Assembly: GCA_038884755.1 (NCBI GenBank)
Contig: JAWABJ010000001.1
Coordinates: 256,001-320,000 of the forward strand
DNA length: 64,000 nucleotides
Direction: 5' to 3'
Source: Candidatus Norongarragalinales archaeon
Lineage (GTDB): Archaea; Micrarchaeota; Micrarchaeia; Norongarragalinales; Norongarragalinaceae
The position numbers were made by a program, and so were the translations under genes. Under the pieces are notes generated by a model. The model saw only the letters and a program-made list of their open reading frames with translations. It ran no database searches and had not been told where the DNA came from. Shown piece after piece: positions 16,206 through 24,578 of the stretch. Every line of letters starts with the position of its first letter. The stretch's first letter is position 1.

Positions 16206-17753
16206 ATGGAAGAAGCTGCTGTTTCGAAAAGGTTTTCACAGAAGTTCGGCGCGCAAATTAGCTTTGCTAGAACGCTTTATGCCGGCCTCAAAGGAGAAAA
16301 GAATTTTGATTTCAACCTTGCCCTTGCGAATTACTTGCATTCCCACCAAGCGGACGATCAGCTTGTTTTAAGCGCTTTACTAGCCGGTCTGAGTAAAAAA
16401 GAGCTGGAGGAAATCAAAAAAAAAGGTGTGGCCAAGCACGTGTTGGAGCAGCACGAGAAAGAATGGGGTTTGGACAGGAAAGCAGTTAAAGATTTCAGTG
16501 AAAACTTGAAAGAGGCTTTAGAGATTATTGCAAGCTATATACAGTTGAAAGCAAATCCGGAAATGGATGCAAACGCGCATTTTGCAGCCGCGCTTGAAGC
16601 CCCCAAGCTACGCGCTTCGTTGTTGCGCGCTGCGGTATTGAACTTCGAACTGGAAAAACCATCAAAACAATCTGCTTTGCACGTGGAAGTGGCTGAACAC
16701 GTTTACATTCCGTGGTTGAACCTCTTGGGTTTGGTTGACATGAGCAACGAACTCGGAGAAAAAGTTTTGAAAATCAAAGACCCTTTAGCATACGAAAAAC
16801 TCTTTCAACACTTGGAAACAATGCCTGTCAGTAAACGTCCGTTCGGCAAAATGATTGCCTCCTTGAAAAAGAAAATCAGTAGGCTGGGGTTGGAGATTGA
16901 AGACGTTCAGTTCAGGAGAAAATCGATTTACAGCATTTACCAAAAACTCAAGGCTTACGGCTGTCCCGTTGGAAATCCAGCCTACGACCACGACCCTCGA
17001 CTTTTAGACGATTTGTATGGGTTGAGGGTTGTTTTGAAGGCTGACGAGACTGAAAGCGAAAGCGAACAAGTTGCAAAGGCAAGACGAGTGTTGGATGTAG
17101 TACGCTCTTCATTCGAAATGCCTAAGGAGGCAAGGATAGACGAGTATGTCGCTGAAAAAGCAAAACCAAGCGGCTATAAGGCTATTCACACGCCGGTTAT
17201 TGGACCGCAGAATTTGCCGATAGAAATTCAAACAGTAACCAAACCATGGCACGCTGCGAACGAAGCTGGTCTTTCTTCCCATTTTTTCTACAAACTTTCT
17301 AAAGCTGTTAGCAGTCCTTTGAGGCAGGTGTTGGTTCGCATTCAAGAAGAGTTGAAGCGGGGCGTGCCGATAGAACGAGTTTTCAGGAGCATAGGCAAGC
17401 CGTTGATTTACGTGACAACCGACCGGTTTGGTCCGCAAGACCACGCTCTTCCTGCAGGTTCTACTCCCTTGGACTTGTGGTACGCGCATGGTTTCCGCAA
17501 GAAGTACGAAGAAAAAATGAAGGGAAAAATATTTTTCGAAACCGTAATGGTAAACGGTGAAACCGTTCCACTAACTACTATCCTGAAGCCAGGCGATCAC
17601 GTGCGTTTTGACGTGAGCGGAAGCCCGCCGAAAGTAGAGCTTATTGACCGGTTTGCGAACGAAGTAGCAACGCCTGAAGCGAGGGAAGGGTTGTGGAAGT
17701 TGAGGAGAAAACTGGGAAAATGGCGTTGGCTCAGGCGAAAGGAAGAGAGCTAA
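16206..17753 (+). CDS. Long RelA/SpoT homologue: degenerate HD region, (p)ppGpp synthetase domain, TGS domain
   Basis: R.KSIYSIYQK, DLYGLRVV, KPSGYKAIH, EIQ, LPAGSTPLD..Y, VNG..VPL...L..GD.V. Confidence 0.85.
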   Translation: MEEAAVSKRFSQKFGAQISFARTLYAGLKGEKNFDFNLALANYLHSHQADDQLVLSALLAGLSKKELEEIKKKGVAKHVLEQHEKEWGLDRKAVKDFSENLKEALEIIASYIQLKANPEMDANAHFAAALEAPKLRASLLRAAVLNFELEKPSKQSALHVEVAEHVYIPWLNLLGLVDMSNELGEKVLKIKDPLAYEKLFQHLETMPVSKRPFGKMIASLKKKISRLGLEIEDVQFRRKSIYSIYQKLKAYGCPVGNPAYDHDPRLLDDLYGLRVVLKADETESESEQVAKARRVLDVVRSSFEMPKEARIDEYVAEKAKPSGYKAIHTPVIGPQNLPIEIQTVTKPWHAANEAGLSSHFFYKLSKAVSSPLRQVLVRIQEELKRGVPIERVFRSIGKPLIYVTTDRFGPQDHALPAGSTPLDLWYAHGFRKKYEEKMKGKIFFETVMVNGETVPLTTILKPGDHVRFDVSGSPPKVELIDRFANEVATPEAREGLWKLRRKLGKWRWLRRKEES

Positions 17754-17831
17754 CTAAAGCTTATTAAAGCTGTTTTTATAAACTTCTTTTTAGTAAAACA
17801 AGCGAGTATAATTTTGCAAAAAGGTGGTTTG

Positions 17832-18383
17832 TTGGCTTTAGCGTGGATTTTGGTCGGAATAATCGCGATAATCCTGGTTTTCGTCGTTTTGCTTTACAAC
17901 GGGCTTGTCCGTGCGAGGAACATGGTGGACAACGCGTGGTCGCAAATCGACGTGCAACTGAAGAAAAGAAGCGACTTGATTCCCAACCTCGTCGAGACAG
18001 TGAAAGGCTACGCCAAGCACGAGCGCGAAGCGTTCAAGGAAGTTACCGAAGCGAGAACGAAGTTTTTGAATGCGAAAACAATCGGAGAGAAAGCGAGGGC
18101 GAGCAACATGATTACCGACGCTTTGAAAAGCATTTTTGCTGTCGCAGAAGCCTATCCGCAATTGCGCGCGAGCGAAAACTTCAAGCACTTGCAGGAAGAG
18201 TTGAGCGACATCGAGGGGAAAATAGCTTACGCCAGGCAATTCTACAACGACTCCGTTCTCGAGTACAACAATTCCATCCAAGTGTTCCCCAACAGTCTTG
18301 TGGCTGGACCGTTCGGCTTTTCCAAGCGCGAGTTTTTCGAAGTCAGCGTGGAAGAGCGCAAGAGCGTCAAGGTAAAATTTTGA
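17832..18383 (+). CDS. lemA: LemA family protein
   Basis: YNGLV, NAWSQIDVQLKKR.DLIPNLV, AEAYPQL, ARQFYN, FPN. Confidence 0.95.
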   Translation: MALAWILVGIIAIILVFVVLLYNGLVRARNMVDNAWSQIDVQLKKRSDLIPNLVETVKGYAKHEREAFKEVTEARTKFLNAKTIGEKARASNMITDALKSIFAVAEAYPQLRASENFKHLQEELSDIEGKIAYARQFYNDSVLEYNNSIQVFPNSLVAGPFGFSKREFFEVSVEERKSVKVKF

Positions 18384-18448
18384 ACTTTTTATTTTGTAGG
18401 AAAAAGGGTAGAGGGGAGAAACGCAGTTTCTTCCTCTGGTGATTTTCA

Positions 18449-19333
18449 ATGCCTGAGCTTTACAACCAGATTGCCGACAACAAGCGCAAGTCTTGGCTTT
18501 TCGTGGTGTTCTTGTTCGTTCTCGTGGCGCTGGCGGTGCTGTTTTTCTCGCTCATCACGGGTTTCGGCAAAGCCGGCTTCATAATCGCGTTTTTCATCGC
18601 TTTGCTTACGACCGTCGGCTCTTACTACTGGAGTGATTCCATCGTCATAGCTTCGACTGGCGCAAAGCCCGCGGAGGGTGTGGCGTTCCGCAAATACCAT
18701 TCTCTTGTGGAAGGGTTGTGCATCGCAAGCGGGCTACCCAAGCCCAGGCTTTACTATCTTGAAGATAACGCGATTAATGCGTTTGCGACAGGGCGCGATC
18801 CCAAGCACGCGGTTGTTTGCGTTACCACTGGTGCAATGCAAAAGCTCGACAAGAGCGAGTTGGAAGGCGTGATAGCGCACGAGCTTTCGCACGTCAAGAA
18901 CTATGACGTGCGCTTCATCACTTTCGCAGTCGTGATGGTCGGGTTGGTGAGCATTCTTGCCGACATGGCTTTCAGGACCATGTTTTACGGAAGGGGGGAC
19001 AGGAAGATTGAAGGGAGAGCGGGCGCGGCTTTGCTAGTAATAGGGCTGTTGTTCATGATTCTCGCACCTATTTTCGCGAAGCTAGTGCAACTCGCGGTTT
19101 CGAGAAAGCGCGAGTATCTTGCTGATGCTACCGGCGCTTCGCTCACGCGTTATCCTGAAGGGCTTGCCAAAGCTTTAGAGAAAATAAAGGCGGAGGCGCA
19201 GCCGGTGAAAAACGCCAACTCGGCCACTGCCAGCTTGTTTTTCGCAAACCCCCTGAAAGGCGTTTCCCTCTCCGGGCTGTTCGCCACGCACCCTCCGGTG
19301 GAAGAACGCATAAAGCGCTTGCGGAGTATGTAA
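18449..19333 (+). CDS. htpX: HtpX M48 zinc metalloprotease
   Basis: NAFATG, HELSH, SR.REYLAD, THPP..ERI. Confidence 0.95.
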   Translation: MPELYNQIADNKRKSWLFVVFLFVLVALAVLFFSLITGFGKAGFIIAFFIALLTTVGSYYWSDSIVIASTGAKPAEGVAFRKYHSLVEGLCIASGLPKPRLYYLEDNAINAFATGRDPKHAVVCVTTGAMQKLDKSELEGVIAHELSHVKNYDVRFITFAVVMVGLVSILADMAFRTMFYGRGDRKIEGRAGAALLVIGLLFMILAPIFAKLVQLAVSRKREYLADATGASLTRYPEGLAKALEKIKAEAQPVKNANSATASLFFANPLKGVSLSGLFATHPPVEERIKRLRSM

Positions 19334-19366
19334 AAGCTTAAGAGTTTCTTTTTCTTTCGTTTTTTC

Positions 19367-19933
19367 ATGCAACCTTTGCTCAAGTGGTTTGCCGGGCACA
19401 GGCGCTTGCTGTTTTACTCCGCCAGGGTAATAGTAGTAGCCTTCTTTGCTTCAATCCTGTTTTTCGACTCGGTCTTGAAGTTCATCCTCTCAAACTTCTA
19501 CGCCTTGGACGCTGTCGTCCTTGCGTTAGTAATTCTCGCCTTGACGCATTTGTACGACTTGATTTACGAGGAAAAGAAGAGCTTTAGCGCGTTGATATGG
19601 AAATACTTTTTCCTTACCCTGTCGGTGATACTGCTTTTCGGGATTCTCTATTACGTGAATGCAGTCGTGTTCGACCCTCCTGGTTTGGTTTCCACTTACG
19701 AAATGCAGTTGGAGAAAGACGTTTTTTACTTCAGCGCCGTAACCTATTTCACTGTCGGGTACGGCGAGATAGTGCCTTGGGGCGTTAATGCAAAAACGCT
19801 TTCGGTGTTCGAAGCGTTTTTCGGGAACGTAATCAACCTCGCGGTTTTGGCTTTGGCATTCCGCACCCTAAATTTGCAGAGAAACCTCGAGGAAAAAAAG
19901 GCGTTCGGCAGGATAGTCAAGCACGTGCGTTGA
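19367..19933 (+). CDS. Potassium channel family protein (Ion_trans_2 type)
   Basis: YFS.VTYFTVGYGE..P selectivity-filter motif, several TM segments. Confidence 0.85.
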   Translation: MQPLLKWFAGHRRLLFYSARVIVVAFFASILFFDSVLKFILSNFYALDAVVLALVILALTHLYDLIYEEKKSFSALIWKYFFLTLSVILLFGILYYVNAVVFDPPGLVSTYEMQLEKDVFYFSAVTYFTVGYGEIVPWGVNAKTLSVFEAFFGNVINLAVLALAFRTLNLQRNLEEKKAFGRIVKHVR

Positions 19934-19949
19934 ACGGTGGGGGTTGCAA

Positions 19950-20846
19950 ATGATAGTCTGCGCAGGAAGCATAGCTTTGGATACGACGCACACGCCGTTC
20001 AAGAGCGCAAAGCGCATAATGGGTGGTAGCGCCTCGTATTTCGGCGTTTCCGCGTCTTTCTTCACGAAAACCGCGCTGGTGAGCGCGGTCGGAAGCGATT
20101 TTCCAGAAGATTATTGGCGGGCGTTGGCGAAACACTGCGATTTGACGGGCGTGGAGAAAGCCAAGGGAAAAACCTTCTTTTTCGAGTCGAAGTTTGACTT
20201 CGATTTGCGCAACCGCACCGCGCTCAAAGTAGTGGAAGGCGTTTTACCGCAAGCACGCTGGGCGGTTCCGGAATACCTGCAAAACCCCGACGTTCTTTTC
20301 CTCAACTCGCACCATCCTGCCGTCGACGCCAAGGTAATGAAGCAAACGCGTCCGACAATGGTTTTCGGCGACACTATAGAATACTTGACGCGAAAGCAAA
20401 AGCCTTTGCTCCTCGAGTTTTTGAAGAAGACCGACGGTTACGTGTTGAACGAAGTGGAAGCCAGGATTTTGAGCGGCGCGTCCAACCTAATCAAAGCTGG
20501 AAAGAAACTCCAGGAAAAAGGCCCGGAAATCGTGGTGGTGAAGAAAGGCGAGCACGGCGGGTTGTTGTTTTATAACCGCGAGGTGTTTCCTTTTCCGGCT
20601 TTCCCGTTGGAAAACATCGTCGACCCGACTGGGGCTGGCGACGCTTTTGCTGGAGGTTTTTTGGGATGGCTGGACCGGCAAAAGAAAACAAGCGAAGCCA
20701 CCTTGCGGCAGGCGTGTTATTACGGAACGGTAATGGCGAGCTTTTGCGTCGAGGCGTTCGGCTTGAACAATTTGCTGGTGCTTGATGAAAAGAAAATCGC
20801 GCGGCGCCTCACGGAATACCAGCGGCTTGCAGTTTGCGCTATTTGA
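19950..20846 (+). CDS. PfkB/ribokinase-family sugar or nucleoside kinase
   Basis: GGSASY, N..EA, KKGEHG, DPTGAGDAFAGG. Confidence 0.92.
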   Translation: MIVCAGSIALDTTHTPFKSAKRIMGGSASYFGVSASFFTKTALVSAVGSDFPEDYWRALAKHCDLTGVEKAKGKTFFFESKFDFDLRNRTALKVVEGVLPQARWAVPEYLQNPDVLFLNSHHPAVDAKVMKQTRPTMVFGDTIEYLTRKQKPLLLEFLKKTDGYVLNEVEARILSGASNLIKAGKKLQEKGPEIVVVKKGEHGGLLFYNREVFPFPAFPLENIVDPTGAGDAFAGGFLGWLDRQKKTSEATLRQACYYGTVMASFCVEAFGLNNLLVLDEKKIARRLTEYQRLAVCAI

Positions 20847-22086
20847 CCAGCCTTCGTGAGGCTTTGACTGCGTTTTCTATAACGCCGTCCTTGTTCAAAG
20901 TCAAAATCTTTCGGTCGCGCATTACGACGCTGCCGTCAACCACCACGTCTGCGACGGCGTGGGGGGAAGACGAAAAAACGATTGACGCGAGCGGGTCTAT
21001 TGCAGGCGCTGTTCCCAGCGCGTTTGCGTCGAAAAGCACGAAGTCCGCGAGCTTTCCTTGCTCGATGCTTCCTGCGTTCAAGCGAAGGGCTTTCGCGCCT
21101 CCGATTGTTGCCAAATCCAACGCCTCTTGCGCGCTCAAGCCGTACACCAACGCAGCGAATTTCATCGTTTCGAGCATGGACAGCGAGTTGTTCGACGCAG
21201 CTCCGTCTGTTCCCAGTGAAACGCCAACGCCGTTTTCCATCATGCGCCTTGCGGGCGCGATTCCGCTTCCAAGCTTGAGGTTGCTTACGGGGTTGAGAGA
21301 TACGGACGCGCGTTTTTGCTTGAACAACTCTATTTCCGTTGCGTCCAGCCAAACGCAGTGCGCGGCCAGCAGCCGCTCATTAAGCAGCCCAGTCGAGTTC
21401 AGGTAAAACGCCGGCTTTTGCCCGCTCCTGTGCAGGCAATCGGAAACTTCCCCCTTGTGCTCGCTCAAATGGATTTGCACCATCGCCCCGCATTCTCCAG
21501 CGGCGCGCGCGGTTTCTTCAAGCAACTGCCTCGAGCAGGAGTAAATCGAATGGGGGCCCACGCTCAATTCAATCCTCCCGCTCCGAAAGTGGTGGCGCAA
21601 AAACTTTTTCGCGCGCAAAAACTGCTTCCTGCCTTCGCCCAGGAAGTCGAGAACGGGAAAAGAAACGTTCGCCCTCAACCCGCTTGCTACGGCCGCTTTT
21701 GCAGTTTCGTCGGGGTGGTAGTACATGTCCGCAAAAGCTGTCGTGCCAGTGCAGATCATTTCCGCGCACCCCAGAATCGCCCCGGCGCGCACGTCCGAAG
21801 GCTTGAGCTTTTTTTCGACGGGCCAGATTTTTTCCTTCAGCCACTCGTTAAGCGCCAAGCCTTCGCCATAGCCGCGCAAGAGGGTCATGGCCAAGTGAGT
21901 GTGGGTGTTTATGAGCCCGGGAACGAGGATTTTTCCCTTGCCATCGATTTTCGCCGTGTTTTCGCGCAAATTGCGCCCGACTTTCGCTATGGAATTGCCT
22001 TGCACCAGGACGTCGCAGTCGCGAAGTATCCTTCGCTGCGAGTCTTGCGTTACGACCAAAGCGTTTTTGACCAGCAGAGAACCCAT
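20839..22086 (-). CDS. mtaD: Amidohydrolase, MTA/SAH (5'-deoxyadenosine) deaminase-like
   Basis: PGLINTHTH, HLSE, AHCVW, NP.SNLKL.SG, LGTDG..SNN. Confidence 0.8.
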   Translation of the reverse strand: MGSLLVKNALVVTQDSQRRILRDCDVLVQGNSIAKVGRNLRENTAKIDGKGKILVPGLINTHTHLAMTLLRGYGEGLALNEWLKEKIWPVEKKLKPSDVRAGAILGCAEMICTGTTAFADMYYHPDETAKAAVASGLRANVSFPVLDFLGEGRKQFLRAKKFLRHHFRSGRIELSVGPHSIYSCSRQLLEETARAAGECGAMVQIHLSEHKGEVSDCLHRSGQKPAFYLNSTGLLNERLLAAHCVWLDATEIELFKQKRASVSLNPVSNLKLGSGIAPARRMMENGVGVSLGTDGAASNNSLSMLETMKFAALVYGLSAQEALDLATIGGAKALRLNAGSIEQGKLADFVLFDANALGTAPAIDPLASIVFSSSPHAVADVVVDGSVVMRDRKILTLNKDGVIENAVKASRRLVK

Positions 22087-22153
22087 GAAAACCCTTATAG
22101 CTTGCAAGCGTTAAAAGCTTTTTATCGTGAACTCGACGGAGGGGTTTTCAAAA

Positions 22154-22264
22154 ATGGCTTTGAAAAACAAGTCCAGGCGCAAGCACATTCGCATTTCTTT
22201 TCTCAAGCGCAGGAACAAGTCCAAAATGAAGGGCAAGTCGCGAAGCAGGAAGAAAGTCCGCTGA
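22154..22264 (+). CDS. Very basic 36-aa protein (MALKNKSRRKHIRISFLKRRNKSKMKGKSRSRKKVR), possibly ribosomal; not in ORF track
   Basis: GGAGGGG RBS at about 22138, ATG..TGA frame, T-tract downstream. Confidence 0.7.
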   Translation: MALKNKSRRKHIRISFLKRRNKSKMKGKSRSRKKVR

Positions 22265-22315
22265 AATCGTGGCAAGAAAAGGCTTTTTTTTAAACGCTCT
22301 TTCGGTTATCATTAA

Positions 22316-23644
22316 ATGCGCCGCATTCGCCTTGCGCGGGATTTGGGTTTTTGGGATTCCGTGCTTTTGGGCATAGGCTTTATAGTAGGCTCGGGAATTT
22401 TCATAATGCCCGTAGTCGCGGCGCAGACTGCAGGCTCTTGGTCTATTTTCGCTTGGTTTGCCGCGGGATTGTACACCATACTTACTGGATTGTGCTTCGC
22501 GGAGTTGGCGGTGCGCAGTCCAAAAGCAGGCGGGTTGTACGCGTATGCTCACGATGTTTTCGGGGATTTCCTCGGCTTTTTCACCGGCTACTCGTTTTGG
22601 TTGGGGTATTGGATTACTATTGCAGTGGAAATGCTCGCGTTGGCGTGGTATTTGAGTTTTTTCACGGGCCTTTCGTTCGAACTGCGCCTTGCTATTGCCG
22701 TTTTCATCGGGTTCGTTTTCACGCTAATAAACTACAAGGGCGTGAGGCTGGGAAGCAGCACTGAAGACGTTCTTACCGTAGGAAAACTCGTTCCACTGGG
22801 AATTCTTGTAGTCGCTGGCTTGGCTTCGTTCAACCCCAGCGTTTTTTCCGCAGGCTTCGCAGCCGTGAATGCTGGACACATCGCTTTAGCATTCCTTTCT
22901 TCGTTCATTCTCGTGCTGTGGGCTTTTCAAGGAGTGGAAATAATAACCGTTCCGCAAGAGGAAATCAAGAACGCCAAGAAAACCGTGCCTAAAGCCATAA
23001 TCGTTTCAGTCTTGAGCGTAATGGCTTTGTACCTGCTCATTGCGCTTGTCGTGCTGGGCAGCGTGGACTGGAAGAATTTCGCCGCTTCGGAATCAGCGTT
23101 GGCCGACATAAGCGAAGTTTTGATAGGAGGTTGGGGCGGGGCGCTTTTGGCAATAGGCGGCTTGGTTTCGATCCTCGGTGCTTTGAATGCGGTAATCCTC
23201 GCTTCCGCACGCATAAGCTTTGCAATGGCTCGAGACGGGCTTTTCCCGAGGCTTTTCGAGCACTTGCACGGCAGGCATGCGACGCCCGACTACGCCTTGA
23301 TTTTGCAGTTTGTTTTCGCTGCTTTGCTCGTGTGGTTGTACCGTGACTTCATTTTCTTGGCTTCGCTTGCGGTGTTCTTCACGCTCATACCTTGGTTTTT
23401 GAGCTGCCTGGCTGCGTGGAGAGTGCAATTGCGGGAGCACAAGCACAGCATTCTCAACCACGTCGCTGTCCCGACTCTCGCGACGGTTTTCACTGCCCTT
23501 CTCATAGTATACCTGCTTCCACAATACTGGCCGTTCGCCTTGCTGAGCGGAATCCTTGGTTTGGCTTACTTTTCAGTCAAAAAACGAGAGCACAGAACGC
23601 GCTTTCACGTGCGGGGGGAGGAAAGCAAAACGCTCAAGCCCTAA
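22316..23644 (+). CDS. APC-family amino acid permease
   Basis: IVGSGIF, AEL....P.AGG.Y.Y, G.E.......EE.KN...T.P.A, about 12 TM segments. Confidence 0.92.
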   Translation: MRRIRLARDLGFWDSVLLGIGFIVGSGIFIMPVVAAQTAGSWSIFAWFAAGLYTILTGLCFAELAVRSPKAGGLYAYAHDVFGDFLGFFTGYSFWLGYWITIAVEMLALAWYLSFFTGLSFELRLAIAVFIGFVFTLINYKGVRLGSSTEDVLTVGKLVPLGILVVAGLASFNPSVFSAGFAAVNAGHIALAFLSSFILVLWAFQGVEIITVPQEEIKNAKKTVPKAIIVSVLSVMALYLLIALVVLGSVDWKNFAASESALADISEVLIGGWGGALLAIGGLVSILGALNAVILASARISFAMARDGLFPRLFEHLHGRHATPDYALILQFVFAALLVWLYRDFIFLASLAVFFTLIPWFLSCLAAWRVQLREHKHSILNHVAVPTLATVFTALLIVYLLPQYWPFALLSGILGLAYFSVKKREHRTRFHVRGEESKTLKP

Positions 23645-24560
23645 ACCGCAAAGGAAATTTTGAAGCGTGAAAGCCGATTTTTTCCCAAACCCTTTCCGGT
23701 GTCAAAGCCTTTAGTTCTTGAACGAGGCTTTCATCTTCCAAGTCTTTGTAGCCCAAAGGCACGTCCACGCCGTCTATGCGCTTTCCGTCTTTCGAAACGT
23801 GCAGCGAGAACGGCGCACGGCATAGTTTTCCAGAAGGCGTTTGTGAAGGGTCGAGCACGAGCATTCGGTTTTTTTTCTCGTGCCCTCCGCTAACTTTGAA
23901 CGAAACTTGCTTTTGCACTTCGGCCGCCCATTTGCCTGTGAACGTAGAGAGAGGATTTTTCTCTGAATACTGCACTGTCTTCGCATAATCGCTTGCCGGC
24001 ATTTGCTTTTGCAAAAGCAAGAAAACGTGGAACGAACTTCCAGTCCAGCAAACCAGCAAATCGTGTTTTAGTGGAAAGTCTTTGTCGTCTTGAATTGCGT
24101 TCACGAAATGCAATGCTGCTTGTTGCGCCTGTTCTTGCGTAATCCCCTCGCCCCTGTCTAAATCAAAGAAAATTCGTTCGATGGGCTTGCCTGGGTTCTC
24201 GTTGTTCGTGGCGTAAAGCAATTCGCTTAGCTTTCGCGGAACGAAATAACGCCACGCGAGTTCTTGTTTTTTCGAAAGCCAGCCGGTTTTTCTGACGTCC
24301 GCCAAATGCCCTTTGCGCAATTCGAGAAGCTCGGAGGTTATAACGCTTTCGTCGGCCAGGTTTTCAACCCACAGCGGCGGCAGTTCGCTGCCGCGCTTGA
24401 GCAAAGGGCGGTATGACGGAATCCAGTTTTTGGCCGCGAGTTCTTTTCCCTTCAAAAACTTGCGGAGTTTGCGGGCGACGAGCGAATAGTAAAGCAATAC
24501 GTCCAAATCGCCGTAAGGCTCTAGAAGGCTTTTCGAAGCGAGCTTTTCAAGCTTGTTCAC
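23634..24560 (-). CDS. Archaeo-eukaryotic primase (AEP) superfamily, stand-alone LigD-polymerase-like protein
   Basis: FFDLD (motif I), WTGSSFHV (motif II), R.PFSL; N-terminal 'VLLYY..VA' resembles LigD Pol domains. Confidence 0.7.
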   Translation of the reverse strand: MNKLEKLASKSLLEPYGDLDVLLYYSLVARKLRKFLKGKELAAKNWIPSYRPLLKRGSELPPLWVENLADESVITSELLELRKGHLADVRKTGWLSKKQELAWRYFVPRKLSELLYATNNENPGKPIERIFFDLDRGEGITQEQAQQAALHFVNAIQDDKDFPLKHDLLVCWTGSSFHVFLLLQKQMPASDYAKTVQYSEKNPLSTFTGKWAAEVQKQVSFKVSGGHEKKNRMLVLDPSQTPSGKLCRAPFSLHVSKDGKRIDGVDVPLGYKDLEDESLVQELKALTPERVWEKIGFHASKFPLRFRA

Positions 24561-24578
24561 AAAACGAACAAGAAAAAC

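Noticed and set aside
21316..22293. 325-aa plus-strand ORF
   Set aside because: Antisense to the amidohydrolase; the 36-aa basic ORF in another frame explains its 3' end better
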